A stretch of 62,955 nt of DNA, filler included, from Basidiobolus meristosporus CBS 931.73 (GCA_002104905.1; 3 parts of 3 records of this genome joined end to end with filler, not necessarily neighbours in it), one strand, 5' to 3'; shown: positions 37,479 through 49,882, counted from the first letter of the whole stretch. The notes: a model not told the origin generated them from the sequence alone. Made by a program: numbers and translations.

Positions 37479-39300
37479 TACCTTGATCATGTAGACCCAT
37501 CTGCATCTAATTGGCTTTCTCCCATTTGGTAAATCTACCAGTTCCCACATCTTTGCTTTTGTTGGTAATTGGTACTCCTCCTGCATGGCTTGATGCCACA
37601 TAGCATCATCTGCACTATGCATTGCCTGTTCCAGATTCTGAGGTTTGGTACATAAGGCAAGATAAGCTTCTTTATGATCATTGGATGTCTGCCACCATGA
37701 TCCAGGGGCCTTTCATATTCTGGTAGATCTCCTAACTGGGATAATCTGTTCTGATAGGAAATTGGTAGAAGTGTCTTCAGTATCTGGCTGGATTTGGTAC
37801 ATATCTTCTTCATTAGTGTTGATTGCATCATCAGGCAGCTGGCCAATGATTTCAGTGGCTTTGTGACTTGAATTCTCCTCAAATACAACATCCCTGCTCT
37901 TGAGCAGCTTCTAAACTTTGCCATCACACACTCTATACCCTTTAGTATCCTCACAATACCCAAGAACGGTCTCATTTCTACTCTTTGGTTCCACCTTTGA
38001 GCGTTTTTTGTCAGGGATATGATAAAAAACATCACTGCCAAAAATCTTGAGGTGTAGGATATCTGCTTTTTTGCCTGTATATGCTTCAAAGGGTGTAGAA
38101 TCATGTAGTGCTGTTGTTGGGCATCTATTCTAGATATATACCATGGTAGCAACAGATTCAGCCAAAAACTTGTAGTCTATCCCCTTATCATGTAGCATAG
38201 ATCTTCCCATTGCTACTATTGTTCTATTTGCATGTTCTGCTACTCCATTTTGCTGTGCAGTATGATGAACTGTTGTCTGTTGAGGTATACCAGTAGATGA
38301 GTGGTATTTTACAAACTCCTTTGAGCAGTATTCTCCTCCATTGTCACTTTGTGGTACCTTCAATTTACGCCCTGTTTGTGTTTCTGCCATGTTCTTGAAG
38401 TGCCTAAATGTCTCTAAAGCTTCATTCTTAGTTTTGAGAAAGTATACCCATGTGTTACAAGTCTTGGTATAAGAGTTCTAGAGGAATAGGGATTTTAGCT
38501 AGTATTGTATTCACTAAAACTTGAACTGATTTTATTGAGGTTCCAGCAGCTCCTTATATACATTTTGCCAGATCAATTGCTGACTAATTGCATTTCCTAA
38601 TGTAGGTTGTGGCTGATGACTCTTCTGATTGCATCATCATCACCCAATAAGGTCCTACTCAAGATATCTATTTCTGTCTGAGAAGGATCTGCTGATTCAT
38701 TTGCTGACTAATGCTACTGATTTGATAGATAATACTGATATACTGATAACCTAAACATAATAATTGTTTTGACTAAAAACTGTTCTAACTTAAACATTCA
38801 AGCAGCAGATCATAACACATGTATATCTTGTTTTGTCATCAATAAACATAATAAAGTATCTCTTGGCTCCAAAGAATGGTGTTCTCATGGGGCCACATAT
38901 GTCTGAGTGTACAATAGTCAAAAATTTGGTAGTATTGATGCCTTCTGAGCTCTTGAAATGTTGCTTAACTTGTTTGCCATATACACATCCCTCAAAAACA
39001 TTGAATTTGATTGGATTGAGTATTTTAGGCCCAAAACAAGCTGATTTTTCACCAGTTGGCTAATTTTCTGCTCCCCTATGTGTCCTAGCCTCCTATGCCA
39101 TGTCTCTCAGTTGGTTTCATCAGCTTCAGCAATGTTTACATACTTGAGTACAGTGATCTTGCATTGTAACTTGTATATATTGTGATCTCTGATTCCAAAA
39201 GCTAATTTTTGTCCATTTCCACTCAATATTGAGCAGCTCATCTTAGTAAAAACAGATTTCAGTCCCTGAACAGTTATGAGTAGATTGTGGTGGATTGTCC
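37479..39300 (-). mobile_element. Copia-2 pre-integrase-integrase-RT start, interrupted by a Gypsy solo LTR
   Basis: SDNGGEYCSKEF, HTAQQNGVAEHANRTIV; colinear with 7117-8500. Confidence 0.9.
38453..38817 (-). repeat. Gypsy-A solo LTR with 4-bp TSD CATG
   Basis: TGTTACAA...CATAACA; CATG at 38449-38452 and 38818-38821; the empty site TATACACATGTATATC is at about 8080. Confidence 0.92.
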
Positions 39301-40039
39301 TCAATACTTGGTATAGATCTCATCTAATATGTCAAGAGAAAATTCAGTATGAGGAGAATGGACAAATCAGATGAGTAAGTCATGGCAGGATTGGTAGGTG
39401 ATCAGCTAGCTGTGATCTAAATTGATTTAGTGCAATTAGCTTATTTCATCTGATGTTACATGCATTGTGAGTAAATCCTATCATTATGTGGCAAAATTAG
39501 TATTTCAAGAGTGACTTAGTGATTTTATTAAAGATATACTCACATGTTTGTAGTAAATAGGAAACCTGTTATAGTTTTAATATGATCTCTGTTAATGCAA
39601 TTCAAGATGCACCATGTATATTTTATGGAAAAGTCAACATTGCTGTTAGCTTCCATACGGTTCCTATATAACACAAGATTGATGCCAATGTAGTACTGTA
39701 TCAGTATCCAAATTTGCTGCTGTGGTTTGTATGCCAAGTAATAATTTATCTTTAGCACAACTTAAACAAAGCCTATCTCCCAGCTCACTGGTGGCATCCA
39801 GACCAGTGAAGATAATGTTGGATATGCCTAGGTTCTTCCAATTAATTTCAGTAAGCCCCTACAGTCTATGACAAACTGTCACTTAGATATTTGGACACTA
39901 CTCATTACTCTGACACAACTAGATGTCTCAGAGAGTGACAGAAATGAAGGAACTTGAATAGAAAGCTTTGGCATGAGCTCAACATCAAGCTGTAAGCAGA
40001 TGTATGTAACAAGATATAACCACACATGTATTAAAATTA

Positions 40040-40595
40040 ACTATTATGACTTACTGCTTGAATACTGAGGTTTGATCAGTTTTTAGTTGAAGCAAATAGA
40101 TTTATGTGTAGCCTATTGGTTTACAGTGCTATCTATCAAATGAATAACATTAGTCAGCAAATGAATCAGCAGATCCTTATCAGATATATATATGTATTTT
40201 TTTTACAAGTCTTGGTATATAAGTTGTATAGGAATACAGAGCTTAGCTAGTGCTGTATTCATTGAAACCTGAACTCATTTTTATAGAGGCTCCAGCAGCT
40301 CCTTGTATTCATTTTGCCAGATCAACTGCTGACTGATCGTATTCTTAATGTAGGTTGTGGCTGATGACTCATTTGATTGCATCATCATCACCTAATTAGA
40401 TTATACTTAATATATCTATTTCTGTATGATATTAAATGAGTCATCAGACACAACCTAAAAAAGAAAAAACAATTAGTCAGCAATGGATCTAACAAAATGT
40501 GTAAGGTGCTGCTGGAACATCAATAAAAATCAGTTTAAGTTTAGTGAAGACAGTAACGGCTAAAATTTCTATTCCTCTACAACTCTTATATAAAG
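40040..40595. repeat. Cluster of Gypsy-A LTR fragments in alternating orientation
   Basis: Matches to LTR-A at about 40040-40190 (+), 40207-40430 (-) and 40470-40590 (+). Confidence 0.7.
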
Positions 40596-40939
40596 GCTGG
40601 TAACACAAAAATGAGCTGAGAGTGAGGGGTTCTGATGAGAAATCTATGACCAAACTATTCCACATAAAATTTGTGCAGTAAAAGCAGGACAAGTCTCTAC
40701 ATGCCTTAACTTTGGGAAGAAACAGAATTTGAATGAGCTTTACCTCAAGTGACAAGCTTTTACAGAGGCTGCTGATTTTTAGCTCTGGGACCATGATTCT
40801 TGTGCATTTGATGCTTCTGCTATTCTTATGATGCCCACTTGATATAGCAATGCTAGCCTAAAATTTACTTGCATGCATGAATCCAAGCTAATACTATTGG
40901 GAGGAGACACTTTTAGTAAATGGAATTGACCATTGAGCA

Positions 40940-41210
40940 AAAGCCATTTAATCTACATATTTTCCCAATCACTTCCAACATCTCCAACACTCTTACAACA
41001 GGTCATGAGCCCCAGGCTGCCCCTCTCTGCATTGTCTATTACTGCTTTTACTGGGATTCTTGCTCCGGTTGAAAAGTTTAATGGTTCTAACTACCATGTG
41101 TGACAGGTAAAGATGAAGATGCTGCTACAGGAAGGAGGTCTTTGTGATGTTGTTATGGGAGAAGAATGCCTTACCAAAAATATAGAAGAAGCCTTAAAAT
41201 TTTGGACAAA
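40940..41210 (+). mobile_element. Copia-1 LTR end, PBS and gag start fragment
   Basis: ...CTCTTACAACA (41000) + GGTCATGAGCCC + EKFNGSNY...KMKMLLQE. Confidence 0.88.
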
Positions 41211-41514
41211 AGAGCCCTATGAAATATTATTGAGATGATCCCATCAAAAGGCCATCACAAAGTTAAAGTCCCATGACTAAGAGGTACTGATCCCCTCAGT
41301 ACACCATCTAGAGATCATTGAAAAGTAATTGCACCCCAGATTTTACAAAAAACTTGGTCCAAATTCTTCATCACAACAATGTGTAAGTGGCTTTTGATTG
41401 ATTCCCTGCCAGCTTGCCCACCATATGAATTGGGACACTCTAGTGCCTCCTACATTTGTGTGCATTGATTGACTATTGCCTCTTTTCAGACTTCTTACTT
41501 CCAGACTCAACTGC

Positions 41515-43739
41515 TGTTACAAGTCCTGGTATAAGAGTTGTAGAGGAATAGGGAGTTTAGCTAGTATTGTGTTCACTAAAACTTGGACTGATTTTTATTG
41601 AGGTTCCAGCAGCTCCTTATATCCATTTTGCCAGATCAATTGCTGACTAATTGTATTTCCTAATGTAGGTTGTGGCTGATGACTCATTTGATTGCATCAT
41701 CATCACCCAATAAGATCCTACTTAATATATCTATTTCTGTCTGACAAGGATCTGCTGATTCATTTGCTGACTAATGCTACTGATTTCATAGATAATACTG
41801 ATATACTCATAACCTAAACATATACTAATTGATTTGACTAAAAACTGATCTAACTTAAACATTCAAGTGGCAGATCATAACATTCTCCCCTACTAAAGTT
41901 GAGAGGGTTCTCCTGAATCTCTTTTCTTGTGATACCAATATCTTGATGGTTCAGTATTATCAGCAAGTCTTGTAAGCTTGAGTCTGTCCCTATGCACTAA
42001 GTCTTCCCGGATATTGCCTTGTTTGTCCACCAGTTGGTAAGTTGCAAATGGACATTCTCTGATGATCTTGAAAGGTCCTGTCCATTGTGGCTCAAACTTC
42101 TTCCAAGTGTTGTTTCTTAGCAATACAAAGTTCCCAACTGTCAATGCTTCTGGTGCTGTAGTCTTATCAAATCTCTGCTTCATCTTTTCTGCACTTTGAG
42201 ATACTTTGGTCTGTGCCTCTTGACGTCTTTGTTCCAGTTGCTGGTGTCTACTTGGCTGACTGAGTTCATCTTCTAAGGTGTCTGTAAGTTTTGGTTGCGT
42301 GAGATCTCCTGGAATCCTTGGTTCACATCCATAAACTAAGTAAAATGGTGATTGCTGGGTGGTGTTGTGTACTCTGACTCTGCATGCAAAGAGTGCTTGG
42401 TCTATATACTCATCCCATCTACTGACAACTCCATTTGCATACTTGGTCAGCATTCTTCCAAATAATCCATTAAACCACTCAGTGACTCCATTAGTTCTGG
42501 GGTGATATGCCAAGGTTTTCAAGTGTCTGATCTGCTGCATTTCCAGGTAAGCCTCTAATGACTTTGCCATAAAGTTTGCACCTCTATCAGACAAGATCTC
42601 CACCGGGCATCCAAACTTTATCAGGATCTCATGCTAAATGAAACTTGCAACTTCTTGCTCACTGGCTATTGATACAGCTTTAGCAACTGGCCATTTAGTG
42701 GCATGGTCAATTGCTACTAGGATCCAATAATTGCATTTCCAGGTAGTTGGCAGTCTTCCAATAAAGTCAATTCCCCATCTCTCAAGTGGTCCTACAGGCT
42801 CCAAAGGGAAGAGTTTGGCAATTCTTTGTGGCTGGCCTTGATTAATTTGGCAGTTTGGGCATGTTTTCACTAGCTTCTCAATATCTTGTTTCATTCTGGG
42901 CCACCATGCTCTGGCTTTCACAAGGCTATAGGTTTCTTCAATCCCAAGATGTCCATATCCATTGTGTAGCTTATGTATTAAATCCAGGCATGAGACATAA
43001 GGGCAATAGGCAATAGGGCTTCCATCAACTATTTGGTAGAGTGTTTCATCCTGTACTACAAATTTGATGGCTTCATCACGGATTATCTACTTGAAATCTT
43101 CATCCACCTCATTAGGAATGGCTTGGTCCTCCAAGTACTTTGGTAATAGGCTAGGCCAATCTGATTCATGCACCAAGTTGAGTTGTGCAACTTGATCTAA
43201 TCTTGATATGGCATCAGCAACCGTGTTGGTTTTTCCAGGGCAGTAGACAATCTCCAGGTCAAATTGCTGAATGTATTCACTCCATCTTGTCATTCTTCTG
43301 GAGAGTACCTTCTAAGTAAATATATACTTCAGGGAGGCATGATCAGTCTTCACAGTGCATTTGACTCCTTCAATATAGCATCTCCATGTCTTCAAACAGT
43401 GTATTATAGCAAGTATCTCCTTCTCATGGACTGGATAGTTTTGTTCTGCTGAGTTCAGTTTCTTGGATTCAAAGGCAACAGGTTAGTCCTTTCCCTTGAG
43501 TACCTGGCTCAGCACTCCACCAATTGCATAATCTGAAGCATATGTGCACAGAGTGAACTCTTTTCTGAAGTCTGGTATTCTTAAGCTTGGCAGCTTAGCA
43601 AGTTCATTCTTGAGCATCTGGAAGGCAGTCTCACAAGCTATGTCCTACTTGTTGGCATTGTCTTTCTTGAGAATATCAGTTAAAGGGGCTGCAATACTTG
43701 CAAAAGACTTGACAATTCTCCAATAATAGGAAACCATTC
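41515..43739 (-). mobile_element. Gypsy-A 3' half (RT connection, RNase H, integrase, PPT, 3' LTR 41515-41882)
   Basis: 236-aa integrase ORF 41893-42603; TGTTATGATC...GTAACA LTR; no chromodomain. Confidence 0.93.
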
Positions 43740-45582
43740 AATCAAGCTGCTTGATGCATGTAGTCAGTAGTTCTTCTGTACTCATTGTAGTTCTCCACTC
43801 TAGCATGTTCCAGGATATTGAGTCAAGCTCTATGGGAAGAACGCAATCATGTCCATAAAGCAATTTGAATGGAGATAGACCTGTGCTGCGTTTTGTAGTG
43901 ATTCTATCTGCCCAGAGTGCTAGATGAAGTTGTGTAGGCCACTGTAGTGTCATGTTGTTGCAGCTCTTGACAGGGAGTTAACCAACGGGCCATGGCCTCT
44001 TTCAACCATTCCATTGGCCTGTGGGTGATAAGCGGTGGTGAAAGCAAAATGAATCTTGTATTGTGAGCAGAGTTCCTGGATCGAATTTGAAGTCATTTCT
44101 CCTTGGTCAGCAACAAACTGGCTGATGCAGCCAAATCTGCATATTATATCTTCAAGAATAAATCTCCATATGGTGTGGCTTTTGTTGTTGGATAGGGCTC
44201 AAGCTTCTACCCACCCACTCAGATCATCTCTGGCAACAGCAAGGTACTTCTTTGTTCCAGCAGTTGGCATGTGGACCAGGTCAATGCCAACCTTCTGCCA
44301 TAGACAAGGTGTGTAGGTTGGATGGAGCGGCTCCTCATATCTCTTGGTTGACCTTCTTTGGCAAATGTCACAAGATTCAACAAAGTGTTGGACATCATGA
44401 TACATATGCTCCCAGTAATATCTACTGGAAACAACATTGTAAGTGGCATCTCTGCCTCTATGACCACCGGGTCTTCCTTCATGAAGGCTTGACATGATAG
44501 TCAGTTGTTCCTGGGGCTCAACTATAACTCTCCTTGGTGTCTGTCCAGGCTGTACTTGTTTGAAGAGGAGGCCTTCTTTTATGTAGAAATGATGGGCCTT
44601 CTTCCTGAGCTTTCTGAAATCATGTGGGCTCATTCCTGGTGGCTTCTCTAAGGTTCTCAGATAGTCTTGAATGGTGTTCCACGTAGAGTTGCTGGGCTTC
44701 TTCACATGTAGTTGTCGGATTTCTGCATCAATTATGTCATCAAAATCAGGGTCCATATCTTCAGACAACTGTGGTTCCTTCCTGGAGAGTGCATCAGCCA
44801 CAACATTTGTCTTGCCAGGGATATGTCTGACCTCAAAGTCAAACATTTTCAGCCATGCCATCCACTAATTTGTGGCATCATCAAGTAGATCAGGCTTGTT
44901 GATCATTCCTATAAGTGGCTTAGCATCTGTCTCCAGGATGAAATGTGTCATGTAGAGTTGTGACTTCAGCTTTCTCAGCATCTTCACGACTCCTAGTAGC
45001 TCTCTCTTAATCTGTGAGTATCTTTGTTCTCTAGGAGAGAAGAGGCAGCTCTCATATCTGCAGGCATAGCGGTTACCATCATCATCATCTTGGCCAAGTA
45101 GTGCTCCAGCTCCTATAGGGCTTGCATCCACCGTCAAGATAGGTGGGCATTCAGTGTTCTGATAGTCAAGAGGTCTCAGAACTGGTGGAGATACTAAGGC
45201 CTCTTTTAGTAATTGCATGGCTTCTTCTTGCTCTTCTCCCCAGTTAAATGGGGCATTCTTTCTCTGTAGTTGGTAGATTGGTTCTGATATATCAGAAAAT
45301 CTTGGGATCCAGATCCTAAAGAACCCACAAGCTGCCACAAAGCCACAAGCTTGTGTTAGATTTGTGGGGGGTAGGCCAGTTGCATATCTTTTTGTGTCTT
45401 GGAGTCTCCAGGTGAACAACCAAAGGTGTTGCATTTTTGTCCAACAATGGATATCTCTGATACACCAAAGCTGCTTTTCTCACCACTGATGGTGAGTCCA
45501 GCTTTTTCAATGGCTCCTAATATGGCATCATTGTCTGAAATATGGTCATAGACAAACTTTCTTACTCCAGGCATAACTTCAG
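43740..45582 (-). mobile_element. Ty3/gypsy family B pol fragment (RT end, RNase H, integrase)
   Basis: LTVDASPIGAGALLGQ, YSQIKRELLGVV, ETDAKPL, HEGRPGGHRGRDATY...CDICQ, GIDLVHMP, AYHPQANGMVERGH; clearly different from family A. Confidence 0.92.
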
Positions 45583-45682
45583 NNNNNNNNNNNNNNNNNN
45601 NNNNNNNNNNNNNNNNNNNNNNNNNNTTAATTAATTAANNNNNNNNNNNNNNNNNNNNNNNNNNNNNNNNNNNNNNNNNNNN
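45583..45682. other. Artificial contig spacer (44 N + TTAATTAATTAA + 44 N)
   Basis: Same layout as 27387-27486. Confidence 0.97.
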
Positions 45683-45909
45683 ATATTTACTAAATATCTT
45701 AGAGTTTGATTTCATTGGCGACATTTCAAGAATGCTGATGTACATACTCCAACGGATCTAACAAAAATAAGTCACATTCTGGTGCAGGTTGATAAATATA
45801 GGCTACGAAGTTACCGGTTACTCTAAACACTTTAAATGCATCAAGTCATCGTGAAAACATGGTAGTAATTAGAAGTATCATGAGAATCTACTGCCATATC
45901 CTGATGTTT

Positions 45910-46020
45910 TGTTGTAAGAGTCTTGGAGATGTTGGAAGTAACTGGGAGAATAAGTAGATTCTGTAGTTTTCACTCAATGATTTATTGAATGTAATAGTAT
46001 TTATTGCATATTTCTGAATA
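45910..46020 (-). repeat. Copia-1 LTR 3'-end fragment
   Basis: TGTTGTAAGAGTCTTGGAGATGTTGGAAGT is close to the reverse complement of 1450-1482. Confidence 0.8.
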
Positions 46021-49000
46021 ATTATTGAAAAAGAGCCAGATTCATTCCAGTATTCCAATCATCAATCCCTCTAGGCCATCACATCTCTAGTAGAGAGCAA
46101 AGCATTCATGTTGATATCATGTATTTGATTTTGATGTTAATCATGAAAATCACGCATGAGAGGTGAGCCTCAAACCAGGTAAACAGGGCAAAACAGCACA
46201 AGTTGAGTATTCTATGCACTCCATCAGAACTATAAGGTGCTAATAATAGATCTTTGTTGTAGCAGCTCTGCTGAGGAATTCACTGCGCCCACTCAAGCGT
46301 ATTAAATTGAGAGCCTGTAATTAGTCCCCAGCTAAACATGACTGAGGGTGTTGGTACAATAGATGCCAAACCAAGATATATTCTATTGTCCTCAGCGATG
46401 ACAGATGGACCAGCACTCGTATGGCACTCTGGAAATGGATGTAACCTCAGTTTTGGCTTATGATCAGTGGGGGATAGATAACAAGAAGTGGTTTGCTCAC
46501 CGGGTATTTGTATCTAAAACAGCCATGCATCGGAAATCCTGTTCTCCTCGTACAATCATACGAGTATCAGCAAGAACAGTAAGTGTGCTGCTCACGGAAG
46601 CTTGGCCTACATGCAGAATATGTCAGCTTGATGTTAAATTCAGCGGCCTCAACCAGATTTAGCGGTGCAGATCTTCCTTCCTGGGCCATCTAATTAACTA
46701 TCTATTACCTCCTAGTCAATTGATGCAGCACAATTTTGTGCGGAATCCACCACTCTAGATGTGCCAAATCAATTTAGCAGGAGGGTCGTATAGTGAAATT
46801 TCGATGATCTCTCCATTGGAATAGCCCCAGGACATCTTACGAGTGAGTGGAGCCTCACGAGATCGTGATCAAGTAAATTCATAGTGTGAGTGGCAAAGCA
46901 CATCTAATAAGATATGCGGGGCCATATACTGGCGTACGGCAATTAGTACGGTCGTGGAAACGCTTCGAGATCACTACATCCGAATAAACCTGCACCACCC
47001 GCAGTGTCAGATCATATCTTTCCTCAGGGATTTCCTTGCTGTTCTCCGCTAGGCTAGCATTGGTATATTGGTGCTTACTGGCCGATATTCCCTGCCAATC
47101 TTACTAGTGATGCCAAGAACACGGGTATTTCCGTACTTTATGAGCGTGGGCACTACTTGCAAGCAAGAGTGACCAGATCTTTCAGTTGTATTACCAAGTC
47201 ACCGAGCTCCATCATTTGGGAATGGGGCGTCCAATGGCTCACCCAAATTACCTTGCATGTTTTCTAATTTTCAGCCAGTCCAATCTGGTGAGAAAGGGGC
47301 TGATGTGAAGTTTCACTAAATTAGTGTTAACCTTGTATCATAGACCAGATATGCTCCTTATCTACTCATTGATCTAGGTTTTCTGGAGGATCATGGTTTG
47401 CTGGATTGGTGTTGAGACTCCAGCAATCACCTTGCACCGCCCAAAAGAATGAGGAATCAAAGTGGCTTATCCTATGACAAATCATCACAATAATATGAAA
47501 AGCTGATGGGATGATGGAAATCATGGTCTTTTGACTAGTGCGCCGTATTACTAAATTCAGAGGTATGCTCTTGAGCAAGAGACACGAGGTGAGGCTGGTA
47601 CGGGAACACTTTATCGTAGGGGACATGGCGTTGATTCAAAATCTGTACGCCTGCTGAATGGAAAAGGAAATATTGATGAGAAAACGATAACTTGTGAAGA
47701 GCCTTACAAGGTCGGGTTTTTCCAGTTTTCGTTTAATATTGACACTCTACTACAGGAATCGAATCAGCCCGATGAAAATATGGCACGGGACTGACTGAGC
47801 TAGTCTAATTTGGACAATGTGTTACCATACTTGCCACTCATCCGAGGTCATCTGCAACCCCATGTTTCATGCAACTCTTGGCTACTTAAGTGCGAGAAGT
47901 AGATCCAGCATTATACAAGGACGGCCGTCAGCCATAAATCAGCAATTCCCGGCATCATTGGTCGTGACGAAAAGGGGGAATATAGGAGTATTGAGGGGGG
48001 TGTGCAGTTGGAAGGTCATTCGGACTTGACTTACCAAACATCAATGACAGGCAACAGATGGTTACTGCTTTCAACGTATTGCTTGCGATGTCAGTGGTCG
48101 ACCAGATTAGTTGGGTGTGATTATTTCCGGTTCACCCAACATTGCCCGCTCTTCCCATGGACCAAATCTCGCCAAATCATCGCTGTTTGAAGATTGTACT
48201 ATGATACAATGGGGCAATTCCTTCGCACACTGCGGTTACACTGATGGCTGTATCCCATACTCGAGAACTCCGGATCCAGCCTCCAGCCGCTAAATGCATT
48301 AGCTTATCTATTGCAAGGGACAGAGAGATTGGTAGTAGAATACAAAACAGTATTATACCGGGATACCTATCAGATTTAGCAAAGCGATCATCTAAAGCGG
48401 CAGATTGGATAGATGGATGTCATCAGAAGGCACTTTTTACATATATGAGAGATGATCAAACGACAGGTTTACTAGCCTAATTTTGAATGCGCCAGCATCA
48501 AGCTCAGGAATATTGCTCGGGAAACAGGGTGCGATTGACATATTGAGGGCTAAGGCAGCCCAAGTGGCGTGGCATTATGGACATCCGAATCTTGCCTTGA
48601 TCGATTTGGTGCGGATAGAGCAATCGCCGTTCATGAGCTGATAGCGGCCCATGCACACCAGGGCAAGACTCACTTAGCCAAGCATCTACAACGTATGTGC
48701 TGCAATACGTTGACTGTTCTCAAACCCCCATTATCTCGTCTTAATTAATACTGGCAACAATAAGAGAGATGAGCCAATAAGATACAAGCGTTCCAAACGG
48801 TAACTGACTGGTATTGTATTGTACATAATCTACGCACAGAACTCACCAAAATGAGAGCCTTGGAAGTTTCCCATTCAGCGTCCGTAGGCCAAGTGAACTG
48901 CTTTTAAAAGCGGTGAAATTGTCGACTTATGAGGTATATTAAACTGGGGGCGACTTCATATCCTATTCGATTGCAGCATAGAATACTTTTCAAATAATGG

Positions 49001-49333
49001 AACCCCTTGACCGTCGCCATGATTAGAAAGATTTACTACCAAAACTAACGGTGGTGTTATCAGCCTTTATTGATGATATTCCTAGTTGCACATATAGTCA
49101 GAAAGGCTTGATTGGTGTGATAGGTGCATCCAATCAGTTTCCACTGAGCATTTGCTTGAGCGGGGAGAAATAAAAGGCCCAGAGGTGACAACGAAGACCT
49201 CATTCAGTTCTAGTCAACCGGTGTGGATAATTCCCTGCAGCAGCCTGACTCCAGAGTTCGTGAAAACAGTAGTGAATCAGCGCTGACCCATTCGAACACT
49301 CCTGTTTATTTTGCATCCAGCCACTCTATCCTG

Positions 49334-49882
49334 ATGAACTTCATTACACACACCCTCTTCGGCCACAAAAAAATACGAAACATGCCCCAGAGCGTGGTTT
49401 CTCCCTATGCCGACATCAAGCCTTCCCAAGCCATGGTGATGACATGCCCTATCTCGGACACCAACTCCTCGGAGCCCGCTCCTGAGGGAACCATCCTTGA
49501 TATCCTGGGAGAAGAGAGAGTTGAGAGAATTGTCGAAAGATTCTACCATTACAATCTCACAGATAAGAACACCAAGCTCTTCTTCCAAGGCATCAATGTA
49601 GAGCGGCTGCAGCGGATGCAGACACGGTTTCTAATACACCTGCTAGGAGGCAAAGCCATCAACACTCGCAAGATGAGGGCTGCCCATAAACGCCTGCTCG
49701 ACCTCAATGATGGGCACTTCGATGCGGTGTTGAACAACCTGAAGAAGGCAGTGAAAGATATGGGGATCAGCCGGGATTTGACACAAAGGATTATGGCCGC
49801 GGCAGAGACCACCAGAGATGATGTCTTGGGCCGGACACCACTCCCCAAGCATCAGCCAGTGGACGACTTAGACTTTGTTTGA
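49334..49882 (+). CDS. Group I (trHbN-like) 2/2 truncated hemoglobin with N-terminal extension, 182 aa, intronless
   Basis: B9-B10 Phe-Tyr (RFY), CD1 Phe (KLFF), E helix RLQRMQTRFL..LLGG, F8 His (MRAAH), LNDGHFDAV, TRDDVL; the first ATG at 49334 is in frame with the ORF-track call. Confidence 0.92.
   Translation: MNFITHTLFGHKKIRNMPQSVVSPYADIKPSQAMVMTCPISDTNSSEPAPEGTILDILGEERVERIVERFYHYNLTDKNTKLFFQGINVERLQRMQTRFLIHLLGGKAINTRKMRAAHKRLLDLNDGHFDAVLNNLKKAVKDMGISRDLTQRIMAAAETTRDDVLGRTPLPKHQPVDDLDFV

Noticed and set aside
20273-41882. Recurring about 370-bp repeats as a CRISPR or satellite array
   Set aside because: They are dispersed LTRs with TG...CA ends, PBS and PPT; there is no repeat-spacer periodicity and no cas gene.
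1-45582. Classical Neurospora-type RIP as the cause of TE decay
   Set aside because: The visible signature is CpG loss with abundant CA and TG, not CpA depletion; formal indices were not computed.
46405-46662. 85-aa ORF in the intergenic region
   Set aside because: No family motif and no splice or codon evidence I can support.
49223-49333. ORF-track GTG start for the globin
   Set aside because: In a eukaryotic context the first in-frame ATG is 49334; the same reasoning moves the CobW start from 57651 to 57759.
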